Origin: an uncultured Lentisphaerales bacterium | Lineage (GTDB): Bacteria; Verrucomicrobiota; Lentisphaeria; JABSQK01; UBA12247 | Assembly: GCA_943788985.1 (NCBI GenBank) | Contig: CALSSJ010000022.1 | Location: 96,001-160,000, forward strand | Direction: 5' to 3' | DNA length: 64,000 nt | Program-made: the position numbers and the translations under genes | Part shown: positions 19,831 to 30,936 of the stretch, piece by piece | Layout: the number at the start of each line of letters is the position of its first letter | Numbering within the stretch: position 1 is the first letter of the stretch | Notes under the pieces: model-generated | What the model was told of the DNA's origin: nothing | What the model saw: only the letters and a program-made list of their open reading frames with translations | Database searches by the model: none

Positions 19831-21102
19831 ATGCAACAATCTAATGACAAGCCAGCATGGCGATTGCCGGCCATCGCTGGCCTCATTTTGGCCCTGGCAG
19901 CAAGCGCCGCGGGCGTCGAAGTAGTGCGTGGCCCCTACCTGCAAAGCCTGCACAGCGCAGGAGTGACAATCTGCGCGCGGGTTCGCGAACCCGCACCGTT
20001 GATTGTGACAATCTGGAGGGGGGACGAGCTGATGCGCCAGATTAGTTCTCGCTCTGCATTGGACCATACTTTCACTGTGGACGGGCTAGTGCCCGATACG
20101 ACCTACCAGTATTGCCTGCAGTTTGGGGACGCAAGGCGGGAGTATGTGAACTTCCGGACAGCGCCCGCGAAGGGTGCCGCCGCTAGAATCTGGGTTATGG
20201 GCGACGGCGGTACGTCCTTAGTTGATGCGCGGGCCGTGAGAGATGCCTACGAGCGCCGGAAGCTCGACCCAACGCTGATCCTGATGCTCGGCAACAACGC
20301 CTATCCAGATGGCACAGACGGACAATTTCAACAGAGTGTGTTCGACCACTTTGCTCCCCGCCTGGCGGAGACCCCATTCTACTCAACCCGTGGAAATCAT
20401 GCCCGCCACGCTGATGTCTACTATCAGATTCACGTGAATCCGAAATCCGGGGAAGCAGGTGGAGTCGCGTCTGAGTCGGAAGCCTACTACAGCGCAGATC
20501 ATGGGCCAGTGCACCTTGTCTGTCTGGATTCCTCTGGTACTCGCCTTGAGACGGATGGGAAGATGATGGCCTGGTTGCGCCGAGATTTGGCGGCCGCCCA
20601 GTCACCTTGGGTGATCGCGTTCTGTCATCACCCACCGTACTCTGGAGGCAGCCATGGCTCAGATAACTGCGCGGATAGTGGAGGGCGCCTATGTCAGCTT
20701 CGCGAGAGATTTATCCCCGTCTTGGAGGAGTTCGGCGTGGATCTGATGCTCACGGGACATAGCCATGCCTATGAGAGGACAGGCTTGATTCACGGTCATT
20801 ATGGGCCATCTCGGACGTTTGCCCCGGAGCTTCATGTCGTCGGTGAAGGTGCGCCCGGCAAGAACGGTGTTCGCTATCGAAAAGCACCTGGACGTGCCGC
20901 TGGGACGGTCTACGTGGTAGTCGGGAGCAGTGGTAAGCTGATCCCTATCGGCAAGCCCCATCCCGCCATGGCTGTTTCGATTTCCGACATGGGGAGCATG
21001 CACTTAGACGTCAGTGCGACCAAGCTGACGGGCTCTTTCGTCGACAAGAAAGGTCGCGTTCGCGATACGTTCTCGATCACCAAGGCTGCCGTTCGCCAAT
21101 GA
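19831..21102 (+). CDS. Secreted purple acid phosphatase-like metallophosphoesterase with an N-terminal FN3-like domain (start could be 19783)
   Basis: Signal peptide, RGPYLQ, GDGG, GNNAY, GNH, HHPPY, GHSHAYER. Confidence 0.88.
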   Translation: MQQSNDKPAWRLPAIAGLILALAASAAGVEVVRGPYLQSLHSAGVTICARVREPAPLIVTIWRGDELMRQISSRSALDHTFTVDGLVPDTTYQYCLQFGDARREYVNFRTAPAKGAAARIWVMGDGGTSLVDARAVRDAYERRKLDPTLILMLGNNAYPDGTDGQFQQSVFDHFAPRLAETPFYSTRGNHARHADVYYQIHVNPKSGEAGGVASESEAYYSADHGPVHLVCLDSSGTRLETDGKMMAWLRRDLAAAQSPWVIAFCHHPPYSGGSHGSDNCADSGGRLCQLRERFIPVLEEFGVDLMLTGHSHAYERTGLIHGHYGPSRTFAPELHVVGEGAPGKNGVRYRKAPGRAAGTVYVVVGSSGKLIPIGKPHPAMAVSISDMGSMHLDVSATKLTGSFVDKKGRVRDTFSITKAAVRQ

Positions 21103-21232
21103 CTCACGGCATATTTGCTGAAAGGCTTTTTTCTTTGCAGGTGGTTGCCGCAACGCGCTATGCAACTATTGTTTTCGCTTGATCCACGTGTGAGGACGAA
21201 AAGTCATAGGGACAGTTTATGGAGCAGCTTGC

Positions 21233-21535
21233 ATGACAAAGCGAGATTTGGTATTACGAATTGCGGCCCAGAGTGGCCTTAACCAACGTGATATAGCTAC
21301 TGTCGTGCAGCTGATGCTCGATAACGTAACCAATGAGCTGGCGGCAGGGCGCGGCGTGGAGTTTCGAAACTTTGGTGTCTTTTCTGTGAAAAAGCGCGCT
21401 GCTCGTATTGGGCGGAACCCAAATATGCCAGCGCGAGACGTCGTCATTCCAGAGGAAGCAGTGGTGAAGTTCAAGGCCGGTAAGACGATGAAAGAGCGCG
21501 TTGGTAAGCTAATTGAGCACAGCGATCCCACGTAG
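21233..21535 (+). CDS. HU/IHF family DNA-binding protein
   Basis: MTKRDLV, VEFRNFGVF, RIGRNP, VKFKAGK. Confidence 0.95.
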   Translation: MTKRDLVLRIAAQSGLNQRDIATVVQLMLDNVTNELAAGRGVEFRNFGVFSVKKRAARIGRNPNMPARDVVIPEEAVVKFKAGKTMKERVGKLIEHSDPT

Positions 21536-21682
21536 CAGGGTAGCGATGGCAGGCAGGCGTTACGCGCTGTCAAGCCCCGCTATCCGCCAGCAACATCAGG
21601 AAGATCAGCCTTCGCTAGTGGCACAGGCGAACGGAACCGACTAGCGTACTCATTTCATCCACAACAGTTTCCCTGATTTACC

Positions 21683-22174
21683 ATGGCCGACAGCGAAATT
21701 TTTGTCAGCGCCGACGAAGCCGGTGCCGCAATACGAGTTTTGGGAAAGGGCAGCTTCAGCTGCAGCCGAGAGATCGCCGCGTACGGGCTCGAAATGGTGC
21801 GGCGGCAAGTGCCTCGCGTGATCATCGACCTTGCCGCTTGCACCGGGATGGACAGCACGTTCATGGGAGTGTTGGCACAGATCGCATCACAAGGTCGCGT
21901 AGGCGGCTGCATGCTGGCGATTGCCAACGCAAACCAAGAGCGCCGTGAGCAACTCGAGGAACTTGGCGTGCATCGCATTGTCTCGTTCATTGACCGTGAC
22001 CTAAGCGGCTTGTCTTGGAGAGTGCTTGAACCTGCCGATACCTCGCGACTGGCGCAGGCTCGTACCGTGTTGGAGGCTCACGAAATGCTGACCGAGATTG
22101 ATGCGGCCAACATCACACGCTTCAAGGACGTCGTTGAATTTATCCGCAAGGATATAGAGAATCTTTCAGAATAG
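21683..22174 (+). CDS. STAS-domain anti-sigma factor antagonist
   Basis: IIDLAACTGMDSTFMGVL, plus a C-terminal LEAHEML...N..RFKDVV helix. Confidence 0.85.
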   Translation: MADSEIFVSADEAGAAIRVLGKGSFSCSREIAAYGLEMVRRQVPRVIIDLAACTGMDSTFMGVLAQIASQGRVGGCMLAIANANQERREQLEELGVHRIVSFIDRDLSGLSWRVLEPADTSRLAQARTVLEAHEMLTEIDAANITRFKDVVEFIRKDIENLSE

Positions 22175-22200
22175 TAACTTTCATTAAACAGGAGACCCAC

Positions 22201-22833
22201 ATGTTCCCCATTCGCCCAATTCTCGCTGCTGTCGTACTCGCCGTATGTACCTGCTCTGCCCAGGATTCTATTGGATTCGTTGATATGGAACGAATCTTTC
22301 AGGAGTTTTATAAGACGGTTAAGGAAGAGATTAAACTCCAGAAGCAGATGGACGTGTACAAGCAATATGCCGTTGCTCTCGAGTCCTCGATTGGGGAATT
22401 GCAGCGCGAGGCAAATAAGGCGCGCGATGAGTCCCTGAACCTGGCACTGAAGCCAGAGATTCGCGCTGAGAAACAGGCCGAGGCGCGGCAGAAGTTCATG
22501 GAGCTGCAGGACAAGAAGCGCGAGCTGCGCGAATACCAGAACGACAAAAAGCGTGGCCTGCGTGAACGCTACGAAGAAACCCGCGCGCTGTTGGTTGCGG
22601 AGATCGCAGACATTGTCCAGCAGGAGGCCAAGGCCCGTAAGCTGCGCCTAGTACTTGACAGCTCGGGAAAGACCTTGAATGGAATTCCGGCGTTTGTTTA
22701 TTTTGAGCCAGAGATGGATTTCACCGATGCCGTGGTGGAGATCTTGAACCGTGGCCATCACGCGGAGCTCGAGGAGCTCCGCGAGCAGAGCAAGGAGCTC
22801 GATAGCCGCGGCGGATTCGGCGTCGGCAACTAG
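22201..22833 (+). CDS. skp: OmpH/Skp periplasmic chaperone
   Basis: Signal peptide, IGFVDMERIF, long coiled coil, LVLD, DFTDAV; upstream of lpxD. Confidence 0.88.
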   Translation: MFPIRPILAAVVLAVCTCSAQDSIGFVDMERIFQEFYKTVKEEIKLQKQMDVYKQYAVALESSIGELQREANKARDESLNLALKPEIRAEKQAEARQKFMELQDKKRELREYQNDKKRGLRERYEETRALLVAEIADIVQQEAKARKLRLVLDSSGKTLNGIPAFVYFEPEMDFTDAVVEILNRGHHAELEELREQSKELDSRGGFGVGN

Positions 22834-22844
22834 TCGCTGCCGTA

Positions 22845-23903
22845 GTGGAACAAACAGTCGAGGAGATCGCCGCCCTAGTCGGTGGCAATCTCCAAGGGAA
22901 TGGGAAGCAAGTTGTCAACGGTGTTGCATCTCTTCGGGACGCAGGCCCTGACGATGTATCCTTCCTGAACAATCGCCGTTACTTGGGCGACCTAGAAGGC
23001 ACGACAGCTGGCGTGATTCTCGTGAGCGACGACCTTGCCGAGCGTGCAAGCGCAGGGGGAACGCGGTCGATCATCATCTGCGGTGACCCGTCTGCTGCGC
23101 TCGAACAGACTTCCGGTGCCCTGTTTCCGGCGCCCCCAAAGGCCAGCTCCGGAGCACATGCAAATGCGGTGGTAGACCCGTTAGCTATCGTTGCGGACTC
23201 CGCAACAATCGGGCCCAATGCCGTCATTGAGGCAGGCGCATCCATCGGTGAGCACACGGTGGTCGGGCCCGGTTGTGTTGTGGGCGTGCGCGCTGTAATC
23301 GGTGATGACTGCCTGCTACATGCAAACGTTACGGTTGCCCACCATTGCCGCATTGGAGATCGCGTGATTCTCCAGAGTGGATCAGTAATCGGTGCTGATG
23401 GTTACGGCTACCATCAGCGGGACGGGAAGCACTACAAGATTCCGCAGATCGGAATTGTTCAGCTTGATGATGACGTCGAAATTGGGGCCGGAGCCACAGT
23501 GGATCGCGCCCGTTTTGGGCGAACATGGATTAAGCGCGGTACCAAAATCGACAACCTAGTCCAAGTCGCCCATAACTGCGTACTGGGTGAAGACTGTCTA
23601 GTGGTTGCGTTGACTGGGATTGCCGGGAGTACTCGCATGGGAGACTCGGTGATTCTTGCCGGAATGGTCGGCGTTACCGGCCACTGCGAGATTGGTGATC
23701 GGGTAACAGTCGCGGGCCTAAGTGGTGTGTTTTCTTCGGTGGAAGGAGAGGGGCGCGTCCTGATGGGGACACCTGCAGTGGACCGCATGCAGTACCTAAG
23801 GCAGGCCGCGTGCGTGCGAAAGCTCCCGGATGCGATGAATCGGCTTAAGGAGCTTGAAGCTCAAGTCGAGGAGTTGAAAGGCCGCCTCGAGGGCAATCCG
23901 TAG
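22845..23903 (+). CDS. lpxD: UDP-3-O-acylglucosamine N-acyltransferase
   Basis: Hexapeptide repeats, IGADGYGY, KIPQIG, DNLVQVAHN. Confidence 0.96.
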   Translation: MEQTVEEIAALVGGNLQGNGKQVVNGVASLRDAGPDDVSFLNNRRYLGDLEGTTAGVILVSDDLAERASAGGTRSIIICGDPSAALEQTSGALFPAPPKASSGAHANAVVDPLAIVADSATIGPNAVIEAGASIGEHTVVGPGCVVGVRAVIGDDCLLHANVTVAHHCRIGDRVILQSGSVIGADGYGYHQRDGKHYKIPQIGIVQLDDDVEIGAGATVDRARFGRTWIKRGTKIDNLVQVAHNCVLGEDCLVVALTGIAGSTRMGDSVILAGMVGVTGHCEIGDRVTVAGLSGVFSSVEGEGRVLMGTPAVDRMQYLRQAACVRKLPDAMNRLKELEAQVEELKGRLEGNP

Positions 23904-23906
23904 CAA

Positions 23907-25133
23907 ATGAAGGTCGTGATTGTCGATGACAATCCAGCAGACAGGTTTATGCTTCGCGATACGTTGGCGGAGGCTGGATTTGAAGATGTTGTCACGTTTG
24001 CGTCTCTGCGTGATGCACAGACTGGCCTTCAAGAAATGATGCATACGCATTTTGCGGACATCGCCTTTTTGGATGTGCAGCTACCCGATGGAAACGGATT
24101 TGACCTATGCGAGTGGCTCAAGCAGGAAGTCTCTTCCTTTTTTCCCGTGGTGATGCTGACCGGGATGGACTCCCCCGAAACTCGAGCCAGAGCCAGTCGG
24201 TCCGGAGCAGATGCGCATCTCAGCAAGCCCTATCATCCTGATCTGCTTCTGGCGCATCTGCGTCGACTCCTGACCCGTCGCCTTGCAGTCGATCCCATGG
24301 TCACCGTAACCCGCGGCATTGAGCGTCTTCAGCAGGACGGAGAGTGCATCCAAGATGTGCAGGTGGGGGGCTATCCTGTCGTGCGGTCATTATCATGGAC
24401 TGGTGCGACATCGGTGCATCTGGTCAAGGATGGCGATCACACGCGGGTGGTAAAGATTCTTGCTCGGTCGGCGTTAGGCAGTCCCACCGAAGAGGCATTT
24501 CGTCGGGAGACAGCCTGCCTTGCCGCTCTCTCTCATCCGCACCTCGTGTCCGTCATTGGGCACGGTGAGCTAGACGGTGCTCCGCACTGCCTGATGGAGT
24601 TTGTCGATGGGCACGATTTGCACCGATACGTGCGGATTCATGGGGCGCTGACTGCTACCGAGTGGCAGTCTGTGTGGCAGCAAGCGACCAGCGCACTTGC
24701 CTATCTTCATGAGCGAGGCGTGGTTCATCGAGATATTAAGCCCAGCAATCTGTTCCGAGCTCACAGCGGCCACGTGAAACTAGGCGATTTTGGCGTCGCG
24801 CTCGCCGTTGGCGGTGACGCTGCCATTGCTGCAGGCACGCCGGTTTATATGGCCCCTGAGCAATTTCGCAACGGTCGTGTCCATCCTTCTGCCGATGTGT
24901 ATAGCTGGGGAGCAACAGCCTATCAGCTGGCCACTGGACACCCGCCTTTCGCGGCAGATTCCCCCATGGGGTTGCTCCATCAACACATGTCATGCCAGCC
25001 ACCTGCGATTAAGCGCGATGAGCTTAATCCCACGCTTGTCAGCCTGGTCGGTTGCTGTCTGGCCAAGAATCCGGCTGAGCGCCCCTCAGCTGTGGAATTG
25101 GCGGCATCCGTTGCGGGTAGCGATATTCGCTAA
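23907..25133 (+). CDS. Response regulator receiver fused to a Hanks-type Ser/Thr kinase
   Basis: REC motifs IVDD, FLDVQLPD and KP; kinase motifs HRDIKPSN, DFG, YMAPE and DVYSWG. Confidence 0.9.
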   Translation: MKVVIVDDNPADRFMLRDTLAEAGFEDVVTFASLRDAQTGLQEMMHTHFADIAFLDVQLPDGNGFDLCEWLKQEVSSFFPVVMLTGMDSPETRARASRSGADAHLSKPYHPDLLLAHLRRLLTRRLAVDPMVTVTRGIERLQQDGECIQDVQVGGYPVVRSLSWTGATSVHLVKDGDHTRVVKILARSALGSPTEEAFRRETACLAALSHPHLVSVIGHGELDGAPHCLMEFVDGHDLHRYVRIHGALTATEWQSVWQQATSALAYLHERGVVHRDIKPSNLFRAHSGHVKLGDFGVALAVGGDAAIAAGTPVYMAPEQFRNGRVHPSADVYSWGATAYQLATGHPPFAADSPMGLLHQHMSCQPPAIKRDELNPTLVSLVGCCLAKNPAERPSAVELAASVAGSDIR

Positions 25134-28100
25134 GGGGTCCAGATCCAAGCGGCTTCGTTGGTGCCGAGAGATTCCACGCGCCGAAATGCCCGGTGGATTG
25201 GGTCCCAGGCCCAGGCGATGAAAGGAGGCGCATAGGGCCCGTCTCCGATTGTTCCAGCCAGGTTCCAGCCTGATTCGAGCGCGGGGGCCGAGGAAGGGGT
25301 AGGTGCCGCGATATAGGGCACGATTGCTTCGCTTGTGCAGAAGACCCAGGTTCCTGCACCAGCTGTCAGGGCTGTCGTGCTGGTGAGCTCTCCTTGTGAC
25401 ATAGCGTAGCCAGTGGGGAACGCGATCGTTCCGAATGTCTGGGAGATGGTGTCGGGGGAGTTGTGAGATCCCGTGAGTAGGTTCCACCCTGGCTGAACCT
25501 CGAATGTAGGGCGGACTGCGCCCACAACGATGCGAAGATCAGCTTCGGAGAACTGCCCGTCCGCGTCAGTGATACGGTAGCGTACCAGTTGGTCATTAAA
25601 CTCGGCAGCCAAGGAATGAATGGCTCCAGGTAGGAGATCCAGCGTGAAGCCGGATTCAGTGTAGGCTGTGCCTGTCTCATCGCGAAGAACGCTGCTGGTC
25701 AGTGTGCTCAATAGCGAGAAGGTGTAGAGCGACTCGGTGATGCCCGCTGGCTCATCAGGGTCTGTCGCGGTGACCGTGAACGTTGCCGATGTAGCAGGCG
25801 CGTCCAGTACTACTGTGATGGGCGATGTGACTGGCGGATCAGGCTGGGCGATGACCTGAATCGTCACGATTCCGGCTTGCTGGGCACGATCATCCCTTGC
25901 CGAATATACGAACGAGTCTTCCCCGAAAAAGTTTGAATTTGGCGTATAGCGCAGACTGACTTCGGTTGCACTGCTTGAGATGGAAATCAGTTTGCCGTAT
26001 GCTGGGATATTTACCCGAATCTCCGGCGTGTCGCCCGGGTCCGGGTCTGCGGTATTGAGGGTGATGGTCGTTTGTGAGTCTTCCAATACCGTAACCGTCA
26101 GGTCCAAGGCAGGGGGGATCGTATTCTGGACGGTTCTGACCGGGGACTCTACTGGCGTCCCACTCAGTGCATCAGCGCCAGTGCGTGTATCCGTGGGGGT
26201 TACACGCACAAACCACTCGCTGTCTCGCAGTGCCGTGCCAGCTGGCAGAGTGTGAGTGCGGCCCTCGATAATCGTGGTGCCGGACCACAGTTCGAAGCCG
26301 TCATTAGCAGTGGCGCGAGTAAACCACTCCACGGCCCCGGTTGCATTCTCAGAGTCACCATCGCTATCTAGGTACTCGTAGGAAAACGTCAAGTCACTGG
26401 TAACGAACAGGGCATCACTCTGTGGAAGCAGCGTGACGTTGGTTGCCTGAGGCGCACTGTTGACATCCGTCACTTGAACGAAGAAGCTCGTGGTCGCCGG
26501 AATATTGTGGGAATCTCGTACTTCGACGGTTACGTCGAGCAGTCGTTGGCCTCCAGTCTCAGTCACCACAGTGTGATCAGGCGTGTAGATGTAGGTACCA
26601 TTTAGGACCTGGCCTGGCCCGGTCGTTACGGTGTAGGTGTGGGTATCCGGAGGTATATTCGCGAGGTCAGGGTCAGTGAGCATCAGGGGCACCGAAAGGA
26701 GCTGCCCCTCTGCAACTTCTTGCTGCCCAATTTCGCCCAGGCTCGGGGGATCATTTACGTTCAAGACTTGGATTGTGACAGCAGATGTTACGGTGGCGAT
26801 GCCGTCGGATGCTTGCCAGGTTAAGGTCACTGATCCCGCGAAATCCAAAGGTGGCTGGTATAAAACCGTGGTCTGAGGGTGATCTGGGCGCCTCCGGGAG
26901 TTGAATTGGCTGAGCGAACCGGTGAGGGGAGGGCCGATGATTTCTACGAGTAAGTCGTCGGCATCTGGATCTGTGGCGGTGAGGGTCACCGTCAGGGCGG
27001 TCTCTTCAGGCGTGTTCAGGGACAGCTGTTGAATTTGCGGCAGTGCATTCGGACTTTCCCCCAAGTCTGTATGAAAGACCTGACGTCTCCCGTTCAGCAG
27101 CGATCCGAATCCAGAGGTCGTTGACGCCCAGGCACAGTAGCGCCCATTCGCAGACAACGTCGAAGCGGTTACGTCTGCATCAGCATACTGTATCCCGGAG
27201 AATGATGCGGGCATTGCGGAGTTCGCACGCCAGTTAAAGCGCCAAGCCTGGAGGCTTGCGTCCGTTTGGGGCGGAAGTGTTGCCTCCTCCAGCGGATACT
27301 CGCTGCCAGTGCTGCGGACCATGAGAAAACGCCCACTTGCGCTGAGCGGTCCGGTGACGGCGGTATTGCCCAAAGTGCGGGTCGTTACGACGTTGTTCGC
27401 CATATCTGCCACCCGAGTTTCGGTGCCCGCCTGAAAGCTGAGGTATCTGCCGGACTGAGAAAGCGCTGGGGCCCTTGCGTCTTCACCTGCTACTCCGACA
27501 ATCTCCCAGTCCTCAGAGTCAAGATAGCGCAGCCAAATCACAGCATTCGGGAGGGCTGAGTCGCCAGCAAGATTTGCTTCTGAGGAGAAGGCTATCCAAT
27601 TCCCATCTGCGGATAGCGCAGGATTGTGGGCGTGGGCGTCTACGGTCTGTGCGGTGTCAAAACGATCACTTACAAGTGTGACAGTCTCCATACTTGGCTC
27701 CCATAGATAGACGTCCTGCAAGACGTCCTGATCTGCCGCGATGAGGTTATCCTCCGTGACAAACAGGACCCGCTCCCCGTCCCCTGAGATCGCAAGTCTG
27801 TCGGGGAAGGTGGAAGCTGCAGTCAATGCTGCAGTGACCCAGCGACCGCCGACCTGATGCTGGTGCAGGATTTGCTGCCCAATGATGTAGGCAATGGAGG
27901 AACCATCACTCGACATCTCCACCTCGCTGGGCAAAGCATCCAGTGAAACCGTTGTTCTTGCCTCGAGGTCGCGGAGCAGAAGCCCCCGGTTCTTATTTTG
28001 GGTGAGATTCGTTGCCTCACTGGCAAACACGACTAGTGAGCCATCACTGCTGATGCCAATCGTGTCGTCTAAGCTTGCCGATGAAGCGTCCCCGGGGGGC

Positions 28101-29785
28101 TCGCCGTCACTAGCACCTAAGGACCGATCTGTTGTGCTTGCAAGTTGCACCGTAACCGGGGAGTTCGGTGTGACGATCGCGGTAACGATCGCGGGAACAG
28201 ACGTAGAATCCGCCTCGTCGGTCACCACGTAACGCAGGCGAAGCGCTCCATGAAAGTCTGCAGCTGGCGTGATCTGCAGGGGAAGCATGGTATCCAGGAT
28301 CACGGTATCCGTCGATGTCAGAGCGATTCCCTGTGCGTCGGTGATAATCGCGATGACTGCGCTGGGCAGCTCCTGAAGCTGGTAGCGGAGTGCAGCAGCC
28401 GTCGTTTCGTGATCAGTGCCGGCCAGTGGCAGATCGCAGGGTCGTCTCAGGAAGGCAGCGGACTGTGAGGTCCGCAGCGAGCGGCCGCTGATTGAGATAA
28501 GCAGGCCCACGGTCCACGCGAAATAATTGGCGTGAGGCGGTGGCGCTCCCCGCAAGATTGTCTGACTCGGAGAGAAAGCCGACATACCGCCCGGAATTCG
28601 AGATGACCGGCCAGTCACAGTCTTCATCGGCAGCTTCGCCCCCCGCGGAGGTCTGCGACAAGAGCTCGATGGCGCCACTCACCAGGTCCTTCAGATAGAT
28701 CTGATAGACGCCATCCTCGCCAGTCGCGCCAGGAAGATTCGCGCCATTGGAGCGAAAGACCATGAAGCGGCCAGCGCCGTCTAGATCAGGCCTCTCCGAG
28801 GTGCCGTCGATTTCCTCCCCGTTGGCGCCAAGCGAAACACGCTCGGTCTCCTCGGTGTCGACTCGATACCGAAAAATATCCGTGGTCGCGTTCAGATCGC
28901 TTGGCACAATGAGAGCGTCGTCACATTGGAAGAGCACGACAGTCCCGGCCGCATCCAGCCTCGGGAACGAAGCTGGCGTGGTCTGCAGGCCCAGGTTGCC
29001 ATCCCCCGCCGTGAAGCGGCTGTTCACGCGGCGAATCTCGTTCGCTACCTCTTCCCACACAAATACGTCCTTCAAGTTGACAGTCGGAGTCGTCTGGCAC
29101 AAACCCATTGTCGCCGGACTCGAAGACGATCACCGCTCCATCATCAGAGACGTCGGGGCGCGAGATGCCTTGGGGGACGTGCCCAGCTGGCGGGTGGTTT
29201 CTCTCGGTCACTATGTGGGCAGCTTGTGTCTCAAGGTCGTAGCGGAGAAGATCAATCACCCCGTTTGTGTCACTGGGGAGTAGGAGGGTGTCTTCCAAGC
29301 CGGTGACCAAAAAGCGCCCACTGCCAGCAATCCTTGGGTGCCGCAGAGCGCGAGCTTGGAGGTTGAGCGGCTCATATGAGGTGGGAGTGTCGACGCTGCG
29401 CAGGAGGACCGTGTGCGGAGGCGTGGGGACAAAGCCTTGGTAGCGAAGCTCAAAGATCCTACTGCCACCGACCGCAACTCCGGCCGCTTGCCCTTGTGGC
29501 CCTTGGAAGAAGAAGTCCTGGCTTTTGCTGATAGCGCGGATTGTGCCGCCAACTTCCTGCTCGAACAGATCCCAGGTGTTTGGGGCATCGAAGCTGTAGG
29601 GCCGGATCAAGATCAGGCGCTTCGGAAGCGAAGATGACCTTCCCGTCATCGAGGACGGCGATGTCATGCGCGTCCGCAATATTCCCGGTTCGCCCTTCAG
29701 CCGGACCGAAGTCCGTATCCGTAATCAGCTCCGCACTTCCCAGTGCGACGACTTGGACAAACAGTAATATTCCGGCAAGGCGCAT
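25130..29785 (-). CDS. About 1550-aa secreted protein with two TolB/PD40-like beta-propeller regions, cadherin/Ig-like repeats and a C-terminal duplicated GWNL module; three frameshifts
   Basis: ORF pieces 29459-29785 (signal peptide), 28921-29679, 28413-29108 and 25130-28678 join at ~29600, ~29080 and ~28435. Repeated PxxSxDGRxxxFxSxxNL and DxDxD/YTP motifs. Confidence 0.75.
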
Positions 29786-29860
29786 GGGATGACTTCGATT
29801 CTTCTGGGGGCGTGTCGGGGGTACTACGATGATTCAGGTACAGTCTGACGTAGAAACAGA

Positions 29861-29892
29861 AACGGCCCCACAGGCAAAGCCTAGGGACCGTT
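29861..29892 (-). terminator. Probable intrinsic terminator after the beta-barrel gene
   Basis: Minus-strand AACGGTCCCTAGGC-TTT-GCCTGTGGGGCCGTT hairpin followed by TCTGTTTCT. Confidence 0.55.
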
Positions 29893-29921
29893 ATCTTAAC
29901 AGACAGGGAAGCGTGAATGGA

Positions 29922-30850
29922 TCAGTAGCGCATGAACAGGAAGAAGTTCCCGCTTGAGCCGTCCAAGTCTGCTTCGACGTGGTCTGTCTCAGCCTGACCG
30001 AAGGTATAATCGTAACGATACTCAGCACCCACGCCCCACTGCGCGTCGAAGACCATCTCAGCAGCCAGATTGACGTAGCCGCCAAAGAGAACGTCGAAGC
30101 TCTCGTCGTCGTCGCCGGTGGTTGAGTAAAGTTCAGATCCATCGTTGAGCCACGTCACGGTATCGGACTGCTGGGTCTGAGTGAAGGCGAGGTTGACGGT
30201 TGGGCCGCCGCCAGCAGTGAGACGGAAGAAATCTGCATCGTAAATGGCCTTCATGCCCAAACCGAGCGTGAGAACATCGACATCAAGTTCAAACTTGCTC
30301 ATGCCTTCAGTAGTTGCCCGCCCGGCTCCTTCACCAGTAGCACCGAGGGAGCTGTTCGGATGAACGAAAGCCCCAGTAGAACCATTGTTGGAGGTCGGGG
30401 TGTAACGGTCGGAGGTGGTTGTGCCTGCTCGATTGGCCTTGGTATTTGTGCCGGTATAGTTTAGGGAAAGCTCGACGGCAATCTCTGATTCTCCTACTTC
30501 ACTGAGAACGTGTTCCATCGAAAGGGTCACGCCAGCTTCGGAACTGAGAGTTTCGCTCTGGTTGCCTGATGCAGAGACGCGATCGAGCGAGACACCGCCC
30601 ACGCCGTCATTCTGAACATTCAGCGAGTTGTCCAAGATTAGGGTATTGTCCTGGATGTCTAGGTAGTTTGCCGCACCATTGACGTACTCGCTGGTGCCAA
30701 GTAGGGGGGTTCGTGAAATCGTAAGATTTCATATCAATGTCGCCTAGTTCGCGGTAGCTGACGCCAATCTTAAGCGCCCAATCGCCCTCTCGTGCTGTTA
30801 GCGGAAAGCGCTAGACATGATATCAACAATATTGTAAGTACAATTCGCAT
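29922..30850 (-). CDS. Outer-membrane beta-barrel protein; frameshifted near the N-terminus
   Basis: Signal peptide MRIVLTILLISCLALSA from ATG 30850, then WALKIGVSYRELGD in a shifted frame, then ORF 29922-30635 with amphipathic strands ending FFLFMRY (aromatic terminus). Confidence 0.7.
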
Positions 30851-30936
30851 GGTTTTTCTCCTATTTCGTCAATATACCGAAAATGTAGCACGTCGGCTCG
30901 TCAATCCCAGCAGAATCGGTCAATCTACGTGGATGC

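Noticed and set aside
28440..28678. N-terminal ~80 aa of the 1182-aa ORF
   Set aside because: It is an alternative frame of the upstream fragment of the same frameshifted gene.
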